In this document: piece after piece, positions 10,333 to 19,670 of the stretch
Numbering within the stretch: position 1 is the stretch's first letter
Layout: the number at the start of each line of letters is the position of its first letter
Origin: an uncultured Candidatus Rokubacteria bacterium
GTDB taxonomy: Bacteria; Methylomirabilota; Methylomirabilia; Rokubacteriales; DASRDR01
NCBI GenBank assembly: GCA_963805625.1
Contig: CAWDVE010000016.1
Span: 448,001 to 512,000, forward strand
Direction of reading: 5' to 3'
Length of the DNA stretch: 64,000 nt
Notes under the pieces: generated by a model
Seen by the model: the letters and a program-made list of their open reading frames with translations, nothing else
Databases searched by the model: none
What the model was told of the DNA's origin: nothing
Program-made: the position numbers and the translations under genes

Positions 10333-10716
10333 ATGGGCCTGATCCCCTCGAGCTTTCTCCCGCCCCGAGCCCTCTGGCCCGAGCGGGTCTACACCCTGCC
10401 CGAGCACGCGAGCTACCCGGCGCGTCTGAACTCGACCGAGGAGTTGATCGACCGTCACGTCGAGGCCGGCGGCGGGGACCGCGTGGCGATCCTCTACGAG
10501 GACCAGCAGATCACTTACCGCCAACTCCAGAGTTCCGTCAGCCGGCTCGGCTCGGCGCTCCGGGCACTGGGGATCGGGGAGGAGGATCGGGTGCTCCTGC
10601 GGGCTCCCTCGATCCCACCGGCGCTCGTTGCCAACTTCGCGGTCATCCGGATCGGCGGCGTGATCGTGCCGACGTCGCCGCGCCGTGTCCTCCGCGACCA
10701 GGCCGGGCGCGCCTGA
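10333..10716 (+). pseudogene. Internally deleted aryl-CoA ligase (benzoate/aminobenzoate-CoA ligase-like)
   Basis: N-terminal AMP-binding residues (YPARLN..DRVAILYEDQQITYRQL..DRVLLR) fused in frame to RRVLRDQA, resembling the extreme C-terminus; core missing. Confidence 0.75.
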
Positions 10717-10730
10717 GCGGGCCTCGGCGC

Positions 10731-11579
10731 GTGGAACGCTTCGCGGGCCGCGTCGTCCTCGTCACCGGCGCCTCGTCCGGCATCGGGACGGCGGTCGCGC
10801 GGGAGTTCGCCCGCCAGGGTGCCGACCTCGTCCTGGCCGCGCGACGTCTCCCTCGGCTCGTGGACCTGGCTGCCGAGGTCCGCGCGACTGGGCGTCGGGC
10901 TCTCGCCGTCTCGTGCGACGTGACGGAGGACGGGGCGGTCGAGCAGGCGGTGCGCCAGGCGCTCGAGGCATTCGGCCAGCTCGACGTCGCAGTGGCCAAT
11001 GCGGGGTTCGGCGTCGTCGGCCCGTTCGAGCGCCTGACGCTCGACGACTACCGCCGGCAGTTCGAGACCAATGTCTTCGGCGTGCTGCGGACGGCATCCG
11101 CCGCGCTGCCCGCGCTGCGGAGCAGCCAGGGCACGCTCGTGATCGTCGGTAGCGTGAGCGGCCACGTCCCGACCGCGGGCGCGTCGGCCTACGCCATGAG
11201 CAAGGCGGCGGTGCACGCGTTCGCCACGTCACTCAGGGGCGAGGTCCTGGCCGCCGGTGTGGGGGTGGTCCTGGTGAGTCCCGGCTTCGTCGAGAGCGAG
11301 TTCCGTAGGGTCGACAACCAGGGGGTACATCATCCCGACGCCCGGGCCGCCGTCCCGCGCTGGCTCGTCGTTCCCGCTGCCCGGGCCGCTCGCGCCATCG
11401 TGCGCGCCACCGCCCGTCGCCGGCGCGAAGTGGTCGTCACGGGGCACGGCAAGGTGATCGTGTGGCTGGCGCGGCACCTGCCCTCGGTCCTGGCGGTTGC
11501 TCTGGAGCGTGGGGTGTACCGATCCCGCGGTGAGCCTACCGGGCCTGGCTCAGTCCGGGGGCCAAGGCCGACCCCCTGA
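10731..11579 (+). CDS. SDR family oxidoreductase
   Basis: TGASSGIG, NAG, YAMSK. Confidence 0.92.
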   Translation: MERFAGRVVLVTGASSGIGTAVAREFARQGADLVLAARRLPRLVDLAAEVRATGRRALAVSCDVTEDGAVEQAVRQALEAFGQLDVAVANAGFGVVGPFERLTLDDYRRQFETNVFGVLRTASAALPALRSSQGTLVIVGSVSGHVPTAGASAYAMSKAAVHAFATSLRGEVLAAGVGVVLVSPGFVESEFRRVDNQGVHHPDARAAVPRWLVVPAARAARAIVRATARRRREVVVTGHGKVIVWLARHLPSVLAVALERGVYRSRGEPTGPGSVRGPRPTP

Positions 11580-11663
11580 CCGATGGTCATGCGGTTCTCA
11601 GTGACAATTTCTGGCACCGACGGGGGCCTTTTCGCTCCTACCGGGCGCGCCTGAACCGTCTCC

Positions 11664-11718
11664 AGTCCGACAATGCGAGGAATGACGGCAGTTTAGTCAA
11701 GGCAATCCCTGTCGGACT
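11664..11718. promoter_or_regulatory. Nested dyad-symmetric putative operator
   Basis: AGTCCGACA (11664-72) / TGTCGGACT (11710-18) and TGAC-N9-GTCA (11683-99), both centred on 11691. Confidence 0.55.
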
Positions 11719-11722
11719 ATCG

Positions 11723-11738
11723 TGGCACTGGCCTTGCT
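11723..11738 (+). promoter_or_regulatory. Sigma54 (-24/-12) promoter
   Basis: TGGCAC-TGGCC-TTGCT matches the TGGCAC-N5-TTGCW consensus. Confidence 0.75.
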
Positions 11739-11751
11739 ATTCCCTCCTACC

Positions 11752-13038
11752 ATGCAACAGTACGAGATTCGATCGAGTGGAGGTCTGGTAAACGGCGTGG
11801 AGGAAGCTCCGCCACCGCCAGTTCCGGAGGCACGCCGCGGCCTGCTCGGCGAGATCCTGATCCGCGAGGGCCTGATCGACGAGGGCCAGCTGTCGACGGC
11901 CCTGATGGTGCAGCGAGAGACCGAGCCCACGACTCCGCTGGGCCAGATCCTGGTGCGCCAGGGCGCGATCACCCAGCGCCAGCTCAACAGCGTTCTCGAC
12001 CGGTACCGCAAGAAGTACCGGCTGGGCGACATCCTCGTCGAGACCGAGACCATCACCGAGCACCAGCTTCAGATCGCGCTGGATCATCAGAAGAAGACGG
12101 GGCTCCGGCTCGGCGACTCCCTCCTCCAGCTCAACTTCGTGACGGAGGAGGAAGTCAACCAGGCGCTCTGCAAGCAGTTCGGGGTCACGTTCGTCGACCT
12201 GGACCGGCTGGTACTCGACAACAGCCTCGCGCTGGTGATCAACCGCGAGTATGCGGAGCGGCACCGCGTGATCCCGATCTCGAAGACCGATCGGGTGCTG
12301 GTGGTCGCCATGGACGACCCGTCGGACCTGGGCGTCGTGGCCGAGCTGGCGGGCGCCACCGGCTCGCGCGTCAACGTCGTGACGTCGACGCATGCTGCGT
12401 TCCGCCGTGCCTTCGCGCGCACCTATGGGGAGAGCGCCGAGGTCGGCCTCATCCGACGCGCCGAGCAGCTCGGGCGCGAGTACGAGATCCTCCGCGCCGA
12501 GCACGAAGCGAGCAAGGAGAAGTTCGCGGAGCTGCGGCGGGCGCACGAGGCCGTCCTGGCGGACCGCGAGGCGTCGACGCGGACGCTGGCCGAGCAGCGC
12601 ACGCGAAACGAGTGGAACGAGCAGGCCCTGACCGGCCTCCGGGAGGCCCACGCGGCGCTCCGGGCGGAATACGAGTCGACCCGGGCGACGCTCGAGAAGC
12701 TACGTCTCGAGTATGCGGAGAGCACCCGGATGCTCGGGGATCTGCAGGACGCCCACGAGGCGCTGACCACGGAGCAGGCGACGACCGCAGACCAGATGGC
12801 GGAGCGGCAGGCGCGAAACGAGTGGAACCTGCGGGTCCTCGAGGAGCTGCGGGCCGCCCAGCAGACGCTCCGAGCCGGACACGAGAGTCTTCGGAGCGAG
12901 CTCGCGCTCGCCCAGGACCGCGGTGCCGAGGCTGAGGCGCGCCTGGCGGAGCTTCGAGCGTCGCACGAGACACTCCTGACGGATCACGCGACGATCGTGC
13001 GGGAGATCGAGGCGGTCACGGACCGCCTGAAAGGCTGA
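11752..13038 (+). CDS. MshEN (PilB/GspE N-terminal) domain protein with long coiled-coil tail, no ATPase (paralog A)
   Basis: Four (R/L/P)LGxxL motifs, T2SSE_N-like VIP..LVVAMDDPSD subdomain, then heptad repeats; start 11752 or GTG 11797 because GTG 11722 overlaps the sigma54 element. Confidence 0.8.
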   Translation: MQQYEIRSSGGLVNGVEEAPPPPVPEARRGLLGEILIREGLIDEGQLSTALMVQRETEPTTPLGQILVRQGAITQRQLNSVLDRYRKKYRLGDILVETETITEHQLQIALDHQKKTGLRLGDSLLQLNFVTEEEVNQALCKQFGVTFVDLDRLVLDNSLALVINREYAERHRVIPISKTDRVLVVAMDDPSDLGVVAELAGATGSRVNVVTSTHAAFRRAFARTYGESAEVGLIRRAEQLGREYEILRAEHEASKEKFAELRRAHEAVLADREASTRTLAEQRTRNEWNEQALTGLREAHAALRAEYESTRATLEKLRLEYAESTRMLGDLQDAHEALTTEQATTADQMAERQARNEWNLRVLEELRAAQQTLRAGHESLRSELALAQDRGAEAEARLAELRASHETLLTDHATIVREIEAVTDRLKG

Positions 13039-13049
13039 GGAGGCAGGAC

Positions 13050-14408
13050 ATGACGGCGGCGCACCTCAACGGAAGCTACGGCAACGGCCACGAGGCGGTC
13101 GCGCTGCCGCTGCTGGTCCAGCCGCATCGCGTCGCGTCGTCACCTCCCCGAACCCATCTCCTGGGCGAGCTGCTGCTCCGGGAGGGAATGGTCACGGAGG
13201 GACAGCTGACCAGCGCGCTCCGCGCGCAGGAGGCGAGCCTCGACGGCACCCCGGTCGGACAGCTTCTCGTGGAGCAGGGTGCCCTCTCCCCGGCCGATCT
13301 GGAGGCGGTGCTGCGCCGCTACCACAAGAAGTACCGGCTGGGCGACATCCTCGTCGAGACCAACGTGATCAGCGAGACGCAGCTCCAGCTCGGTGTCGAC
13401 CACCACCGACGCACCGGGCTCCGACTCGGCGATGCACTGCTCCAGCTGGGCTTTGTCAACGAGGAGATGCTCAAGCTGGCGCTGTGCACGCAGCTCGATG
13501 TCGTGTTCGTCGACCTCGATCGGTTCTCCATCGACCGCAGCCTCGCGTCGCTGGTCCCGAAGGCGTTCGCGCAGCAGCACCGGGTCCTCCCGGTCGCCCG
13601 GGTCGACGACGTCCTGACGGTGGCCTTGGCGGATCCGACGGACGGCTGGGTCGCGGAGAACCTCGAGGCGATGACTGCTTGCCAGGTGCGGCTGATCATG
13701 TCGACCGACGCCGCGTTCCAGCGGGCCTTCACCCGTGTGTACGGCGAGAACCCCGGAGTCGGTCTCGCCCGGCAGCACGAGCGACTCGAGCAGACTCACG
13801 CGGTTCTCACGCGCGAGTACGAGAAGGCGGCCCGGGCCCTGGGCGAGCTGCGTCAGTCGCACGAGGAGTTCCTCCGGGAGCAGGCCGATCTGCTCCGGAC
13901 GGCCGCCGAGCAGGCTGGCCAGCAGACGGAGCAGGAGCGCCGGCTCGCCGAGCTCCAGGCAGCGAACGCGACGCTTCGCGAGGAGCACGAAGCCCGGGGG
14001 CGGGCGCATGCGGATCTGTCGCGCGCGCAGGCGGAGACACTCGAGAGCCTCACCACGATCCGGCGCGAGCACGGGCGGCTGCTCGGCGAGCACCACGACC
14101 TGGGGCGCCAGCTCGTCGAGGAGCGGGAGCGAGGCGGCGAGCTGGCTCGGCGCCTGGTCGAGCTGGAAGCCGCGCACATCGTGGGTCGGCGGGAGCTCGA
14201 CGAACGCCTGACGGCGCTCACGGCGCTGGACGCGGCCTACGCGGAGACCACTCACGCGCTGGCCGGTCTCCGCGCGGAGCACGAGACCCTGCGAGGCGAG
14301 TACGAGCGGGTCTCCCGCGAGCTTGGCGAGCGGTGCCACGCCGCCGAGGGACGCCAGCAGCTGGCGATCCAGCAGCTCGAGACACTGCTCACGCGCCTCC
14401 GGCAGTGA
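13050..14408 (+). CDS. MshEN domain protein with long coiled-coil tail, no ATPase (paralog B)
   Basis: Same architecture; GAGGAGG/AGGA RBS just after the stop of paralog A. Confidence 0.82.
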   Translation: MTAAHLNGSYGNGHEAVALPLLVQPHRVASSPPRTHLLGELLLREGMVTEGQLTSALRAQEASLDGTPVGQLLVEQGALSPADLEAVLRRYHKKYRLGDILVETNVISETQLQLGVDHHRRTGLRLGDALLQLGFVNEEMLKLALCTQLDVVFVDLDRFSIDRSLASLVPKAFAQQHRVLPVARVDDVLTVALADPTDGWVAENLEAMTACQVRLIMSTDAAFQRAFTRVYGENPGVGLARQHERLEQTHAVLTREYEKAARALGELRQSHEEFLREQADLLRTAAEQAGQQTEQERRLAELQAANATLREEHEARGRAHADLSRAQAETLESLTTIRREHGRLLGEHHDLGRQLVEERERGGELARRLVELEAAHIVGRRELDERLTALTALDAAYAETTHALAGLRAEHETLRGEYERVSRELGERCHAAEGRQQLAIQQLETLLTRLRQ

Positions 14409-15102
14409 CGGCGTCGCCCGGCGGCTGCTTGCCGCCGACCCTGAGCTGGCCGCCGCTACCCAGCCGCCGGCCCAGGGTATAGACCCACCGTCCAGGGCTG
14501 ACCTCGAGCGCGGCCACGTCCGTGAAGCCGTTACGCGCATAGAAGGGCCGCGGTGCCGCGCCGCAGGAGAGGTGGATCCCGGGGATCCCGGCGGCGCCAA
14601 GATCCCGCGCGTACCGCTCGATCAGCGCGGCCCCGATGCCTCGCCGCCGGTACTCCGCCTCGACGTTCATGTGCAGATGGGCGGGGTGGGTCTCCGTGAA
14701 TCCCGCGGGCAGTCCCGGCGCGAGGCGCGATTCCACGCCGCGATGAAGCCGCAGGGCTAGCCGCACGGTCCGCCGGGCGTCGCTGTTCCACGCGTAGCGC
14801 CCGGAGGCGATCCCGATCAGCAGCGGGAGCGTGACCCGGAACCGCCGGGCGCGCCGGAACGCCGCGGTGTCCGGGCAGCCGGTGAGGTAGCCGACGACCC
14901 GGCCTTCCGTCTCCGCCACGTACGTCCACTCCGGCACCAGTCGCTGGTAGGCGCCGATCCAGAGCTCCGCGAACAGGGGCCAGCGGGCGCGGTCGATGGG
15001 GTCACCGTCGTTGCCGCTGCGGCAGCAGAGGCTCCGGACGGCCTGCCAGTCCGTCGGCGTCCTCGCCACGCGGACGAGCACCGGCGCGCCGGACTCCGTC
15101 AT
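14389..15102 (-). CDS. GNAT family acetyltransferase
   Basis: HPAHLHMNV..YRRRGIG, FYARNGF. Confidence 0.85.
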   Translation of the reverse strand: MTESGAPVLVRVARTPTDWQAVRSLCCRSGNDGDPIDRARWPLFAELWIGAYQRLVPEWTYVAETEGRVVGYLTGCPDTAAFRRARRFRVTLPLLIGIASGRYAWNSDARRTVRLALRLHRGVESRLAPGLPAGFTETHPAHLHMNVEAEYRRRGIGAALIERYARDLGAAGIPGIHLSCGAAPRPFYARNGFTDVAALEVSPGRWVYTLGRRLGSGGQLRVGGKQPPGDAVTAGGA

Positions 15103-16115
15103 CCCCCGGCTTCCTGATAGCAGCGCTCGGCCCAGGTCACCTCCTCCGCGCTGCCGATATAGAGCGGCGTGCGCTGGTGATAGTCGGTGGCGACCACGTC
15201 GAGGATCCTCGCGTGGCCTGTGCTCGCGCGTCCGCCCGCCGCCTCCGCCACGAGCGCGAGCGGAGCCGCCTCGTACAGGAGCCGGATGCGCCCTTCGGGC
15301 CGTCGCGTGTCCTCAGGGTAGAGGTAGATCCCGCCCTCGACGAGCGTCCGGTGGAAGTCCGCGACCAGGGCGCCCGAGTACCGGAGGGCGTAGGGGAGGT
15401 CCTTGTTTCGGGCCAGCCGAAGCCGTTCGACGAGCGCACGGGCGGCCGGCCGCCAGGTCGGCCAGTTCGCGTCGTTGACCGCGTAGGTCCGTCCGGCGGC
15501 CGGTGTGCGCGCGTCGGCCTGCGTGAGGCGGAATTGCCCGTCGACCGGGTCGAGGACGAAGGCGTGCACCCGAGCCCCCGCGGCGTAGACGAAGACGGTG
15601 GCGGGGCCGTAGAGGACGTAGCCGGCCGCGACCTGCCGCGTCCCGGCGCCCAGCACGGCCCGTGCGGGATCGGGCTCGCGCGGCCCGGGCCCCGGACGGA
15701 CGCCGAAGATCGTCCCGACCACCCCGGCCACGTCGGTGTTGAGGGAGCCGTCGAGTGGATCGAAGCACACCGACAGAGACTCCGCTGCGGCGGCGTGCGA
15801 CCACACGACTGGCGCCGCCAACTCCTCGGAGGCGGCGACCGACACGACGCCGGTGGCCTCGAGCGTCCTCAGCAGGAGGTCATTCGTCCGGACGTCGAGC
15901 CGGCGCACCCGGTCGCCGTGCGAGTTGACGTCGCCCGTCTCCCCCAGGTGACCGCTGAGAGCCGCCCCGGCGATCTCGCGCGCCAGCCCGGCCCCCGCCC
16001 CCGCGAGCGCCTCGAGGACGGTGACGAGGTTCCGTGCGAGCGGCGGGCTCCCGGCCGCTGCGGCCCGGAGGTGCTCGGCGAGTGTCGGAGGGGAGCTCAC
16101 CCGGCCGGCCGTCAC
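15099..16115 (-). CDS. fbp: Class 1 fructose-1,6-bisphosphatase
   Basis: ASEE, FDPLDGS, RYSGALVADFHRTL, RLLYEAAP; GTGA overlap with gnd stop. Confidence 0.92.
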   Translation of the reverse strand: MTAGRVSSPPTLAEHLRAAAAGSPPLARNLVTVLEALAGAGAGLAREIAGAALSGHLGETGDVNSHGDRVRRLDVRTNDLLLRTLEATGVVSVAASEELAAPVVWSHAAAAESLSVCFDPLDGSLNTDVAGVVGTIFGVRPGPGPREPDPARAVLGAGTRQVAAGYVLYGPATVFVYAAGARVHAFVLDPVDGQFRLTQADARTPAAGRTYAVNDANWPTWRPAARALVERLRLARNKDLPYALRYSGALVADFHRTLVEGGIYLYPEDTRRPEGRIRLLYEAAPLALVAEAAGGRASTGHARILDVVATDYHQRTPLYIGSAEEVTWAERCYQEAGG

Positions 16116-17011
16116 TCCCGGGCCCGGACGGCGTGGCCGCCGAACTGGTTGCGAAGCGCGGCGAGCATGCGATCGGCGAACGAGTCCTCCTCGCGGGAGC
16201 GGAACCGGGTGAAGAGGGCGGCCGTGATCGTCCAGGCCGGCACGGATTGATCGATCGCATCCTGCACCGTCCAGCGGCCCTCGCCCGAGTCCTCCACCCA
16301 CCCGCGGATCTTTCCGAGCGCCGGATCCTCCTCGAGCGCCCGGCCGGCCAGCTCGACGAGCCACGAGCGTACGACGCTCCCCTGCATCCAGAGGTTGGCG
16401 ATCCGCGGAAGGTCCAGGCCGTACGAGCTCTTGTGCATCAGCGCGAAGCCCTCGGCGATCGCCTGCATCATGCCGTACTCGATCCCGTTGTGGATCATCT
16501 TCACGTAGTGGCCGGCGCCGTGGGCACCCATGTGCCCGTATCCGTTCTCGGGGGCGAGCGTGCGGAAGAGAGGCTCGAGGTGGCGGAACACAGCCTCCTC
16601 GCCGCCCACCATGAGGCAGTAGCCGACCTGGAGCCCCCAGATCCCCCCGCTGGTCCCGACGTCCATGTAGTGGAGGCCGAGCGGCTTGAGCGCCTCGGCG
16701 CGCCGCACGTCGTCGTGGAAGTTCGTGTTGCCGCCGTCGATGACGATGTCGTCCCGATCCAGGTGGCGCACCACGGTGTCAATCATCTCCTGCGTGACAG
16801 TTCCGGCGGGGACCATGACCCAGACGGCCCGCGGGGGTTTCAGACGGGCCACGAGGTCCGCGACCGACGTCGTCCCGACAGCGCCGTGCCCTTCCGCCTC
16901 CCGCACCTTCTCGGGGCTCCGGTTGTACACGACGACACGGTGGCCGCCCTGCACCAGGCGGACGACCATGTTCATGCCCATGCGGCCGAGACCGATGAAT
17001 CCGAGCTCCAT
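16112..17011 (-). CDS. gnd: Short-type decarboxylating 6-phosphogluconate dehydrogenase
   Basis: IGLGRMG, DGGN, GTSGG, GHYVKMIHNGIEY, DSGEGRWT, NQFGGH. Confidence 0.94.
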   Translation of the reverse strand: MELGFIGLGRMGMNMVVRLVQGGHRVVVYNRSPEKVREAEGHGAVGTTSVADLVARLKPPRAVWVMVPAGTVTQEMIDTVVRHLDRDDIVIDGGNTNFHDDVRRAEALKPLGLHYMDVGTSGGIWGLQVGYCLMVGGEEAVFRHLEPLFRTLAPENGYGHMGAHGAGHYVKMIHNGIEYGMMQAIAEGFALMHKSSYGLDLPRIANLWMQGSVVRSWLVELAGRALEEDPALGKIRGWVEDSGEGRWTVQDAIDQSVPAWTITAALFTRFRSREEDSFADRMLAALRNQFGGHAVRARE

Positions 17012-17071
17012 CGAGGCGTCCTCCGTGGAACGAGTCGTGATGGTGGAACCGCTGGTGAACGTTGGCGGCCG

Positions 17072-17806
17072 TCAGCTGGTCGCCGGGCCCCCGGCACGCC
17101 GCAGAACCCGGATGGTCCCTTCCTCTGCCACCAGGACGCGCTCCGCGGTGCCGAGGAAGAAACCCGTGTCGATGACGCCGGGAATCCGGCGGATGTCGCG
17201 ATCGAGCGCGGCAGCGTCGTCCTGGGCCGCGATCCCGCAGTCGAGGATCCAGTTGCCGTTGTCGGTGACGAACGGCGCCGCACCCACCTCCCGGAGGAGG
17301 GGTTGGCAGCCGAGTGCGCGGAGCCGGCGGTCGCAGAGAGGCCGCGCGAACGGGACGATCTCTACCGGGAGGCGGCCCCGGGAGCCGAGGCGCGGCACGA
17401 GCTTCTCCTGGGTGACGAGGATGACCTGGCGCCGCGAGGCGGCGGCGACGATCCGCTCCCGGGTGAGCGCCCCGCCGTAGCCCTTGATGAGGTCGAGCCG
17501 CGGGTCGACCTCATCGGCGCCGTCGACCGTGATGTCGAGTGGGTCCGCGGTCAGCTCGGTGATGGCGAGGCCGAGCGACGCCGCGAGGGTCGCGATCGCC
17601 CGCGAGGTGGGGACCCCCTGGACGCCGAGGCCCTGAGCGGCCTCGGCGGCCAGCGCCCGCACGAACGCTTCCGCGGCCCGGCCGGAGCCGAGCCCGACGC
17701 GGACGGTCCGGCCCGCCTCGCGAACCAGCGCGACGGCCTGGACGGCCAGGCGGGCAAGATCCTCCGGACGCGGGGGGGGCAGTGGACTCGGGGACGCGCC
17801 GACCAG
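17072..17806 (-). CDS. rpiA: Ribose-5-phosphate isomerase A
   Basis: VGLGSG, DGADEVD, IKGYGGAL, TDNGN; frame extends upstream of GTG 17662 to a CTG behind GAGGAGG. Confidence 0.9.
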   Translation of the reverse strand: MVGASPSPLPPPRPEDLARLAVQAVALVREAGRTVRVGLGSGRAAEAFVRALAAEAAQGLGVQGVPTSRAIATLAASLGLAITELTADPLDITVDGADEVDPRLDLIKGYGGALTRERIVAAASRRQVILVTQEKLVPRLGSRGRLPVEIVPFARPLCDRRLRALGCQPLLREVGAAPFVTDNGNWILDCGIAAQDDAAALDRDIRRIPGVIDTGFFLGTAERVLVAEEGTIRVLRRAGGPATS

Positions 17807-17881
17807 ACCTGGCCTCCTCGGAATTGGGGAAGGCCCTAGTCAGACCTCACCCGCGGGCCTAGCATAGCAGGGAGAGTCGAC

Positions 17882-19600
17882 ATGCCGAACCCGCAGACCT
17901 GGGCCCTGCCGGCGGATCTCGAGGCTGCCGTCTCGGCCACCCTCCGCGAGTGGACCGAGCAGGGCAAGGTTGAGCGGCTCTGGGCGCGCGACGCCACCCT
18001 CTGGACGGGCGCCGATGAGGCGAGCTGGCTCGGGTGGCTCGGGATCGTCGACGAGCAGGTCGGGCGGGTGGGCGAGCTCCGGCGCATCGCCGAGGACGTC
18101 CGGCAGGCGGGCTTCACTCACGTCCTGCTTCTCGGGATGGGGGGCTCGAGCCTCTGTCCCGAGGTCCTCCGCATGACCTTCGGAACGCTCCCCGGATGGC
18201 CCGAGCTCTCCGTGCTGGACTCGACGGATCCGGCCCAGGTCCGGGCGTGCGAGGCCCGGGTGGATCTCGGGCGAACGCTGTTCGTCGTGTCGTCCAAGTC
18301 GGGCACGACCCTCGAGCCGAACATCTTCAAGCAGCACTTCTTCGAGCGGGTGAAGCAGGCCATCGGTCCTGGCCGGGCGGGTGACCGGTTCATCGCGATC
18401 ACGGATCCCGGCTCGAAGCTCGAGCAGGTCGCCAGGGCGGACGGCTTCCGTCACGTGTGCTTCGGGCTTCCGTCGATCGGCGGGCGCTACTCGGCGCTCT
18501 CTGACTTCGGCATGGTCCCTGCGGCCCTCATGGGGCTCGACGTCGCGCGGCTGCTCGGCGCGGCGCAGGCGATGGCACGCGCCTGCGGGGCCCGGGTGCG
18601 TGCCGAGGAGAATCCCGGAGCGGTGCTCGGGACCATCCTGGGCGTGCTCGGGAGCCGGGGCCGCGACAAGGTCACGCTGGTGGCCTCTCCGGGGATACAC
18701 GATCTCGGGGCCTGGCTCGAGCAGCTCCTGGCCGAGTCGACCGGGAAGGCGGGCAAAGGCTTGATCCCGGTCGACCGCGAGCCCTTCGGCCCCTCTGATC
18801 TCTACGGTCGGGACCGCCTGTTCGTCTACCTCCGGCTCCACTCGGCGCCGGCCGTCTCCCAGGACTGCGCGGTGGCGAGCCTCGAGGCGGCCGGGCAGCC
18901 CGTGGTCCGGATCGAGGTCTCCGCCCCTGACCAGATCGCGGCGGAGTTCTTCCGCTGGGAGTTCGCGACGGCGGTCGCGGGCGCGATCCTGGGGATCAAT
19001 CCGTTCGACCAGCCCGATGTCGAGGCCAGCAAGGTCGCGACGCGGCGGCTCACGGACGCGTTCGAGAAGACGGGACGCCTGCCGGCCGAGACGCCGATCC
19101 TGGAGACCGAGGGGATCCGGCTCTTCGCCGATCCGCGGAGCGCGGGCGAGCTGGCGGCGGCGGGAGGTCGGACGCTCGCGGGTCTTCTGCGGGCCCACTT
19201 CGGGCGGATCCGGCCCGGCGACTACGCCGCCCTCCTCGCCTACGTTGAGATGACGGCGGCGAACGAGGCGGCGCTCCAGGGGATCCGCACGCGCCTGCGC
19301 GATCGGTACCGTGTCGCCACCTGCCTCGGCTTCGGGCCGCGGTTTCTTCACTCGACCGGCCAGGCCTACAAGGGCGGGCCTAGCACCGGTGTGTTTCTCC
19401 AGATCACGTCCGACGACGCCCTGGATCTGCCCGTGCCCGGCCAGCGCTACACCTTCGGCGTCGTGAAGGCCGCACAGGCCCGGGGGGACCTCGAGGTCCT
19501 CGCGGACCGCGGTCGGCGCGCGCTGCGCGTGCACCTCGGCGCGGACGTCCTGGGGGGGCTTCGGACCCTCGGGAGGGCCGTCGAGCAGGCGGTCGGCTGA
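17882..19600 (+). CDS. pgi: Glucose-6-phosphate isomerase (PGI half of Tal/Pgi-fusion type)
   Basis: [39 protein letters not shown]. Confidence 0.9.
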   Translation: MPNPQTWALPADLEAAVSATLREWTEQGKVERLWARDATLWTGADEASWLGWLGIVDEQVGRVGELRRIAEDVRQAGFTHVLLLGMGGSSLCPEVLRMTFGTLPGWPELSVLDSTDPAQVRACEARVDLGRTLFVVSSKSGTTLEPNIFKQHFFERVKQAIGPGRAGDRFIAITDPGSKLEQVARADGFRHVCFGLPSIGGRYSALSDFGMVPAALMGLDVARLLGAAQAMARACGARVRAEENPGAVLGTILGVLGSRGRDKVTLVASPGIHDLGAWLEQLLAESTGKAGKGLIPVDREPFGPSDLYGRDRLFVYLRLHSAPAVSQDCAVASLEAAGQPVVRIEVSAPDQIAAEFFRWEFATAVAGAILGINPFDQPDVEASKVATRRLTDAFEKTGRLPAETPILETEGIRLFADPRSAGELAAAGGRTLAGLLRAHFGRIRPGDYAALLAYVEMTAANEAALQGIRTRLRDRYRVATCLGFGPRFLHSTGQAYKGGPSTGVFLQITSDDALDLPVPGQRYTFGVVKAAQARGDLEVLADRGRRALRVHLGADVLGGLRTLGRAVEQAVG

Positions 19601-19670
19601 CGGAACGGGCGCCTCGAGACAGATCGTCCCGGCCGGGCCGAGACGCGAGCACAGCGAGAGAGGACCAGAC

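Noticed and set aside
11722-11751. ORF-track GTG start of MshEN paralog A
   Set aside because: Overlaps the sigma54 -24 element, so it would lie upstream of the predicted TSS
11752-14408. Annotation as PilB/GspE secretion ATPases
   Set aside because: No Walker A/B, Asp box or His box; C-termini are coiled coil
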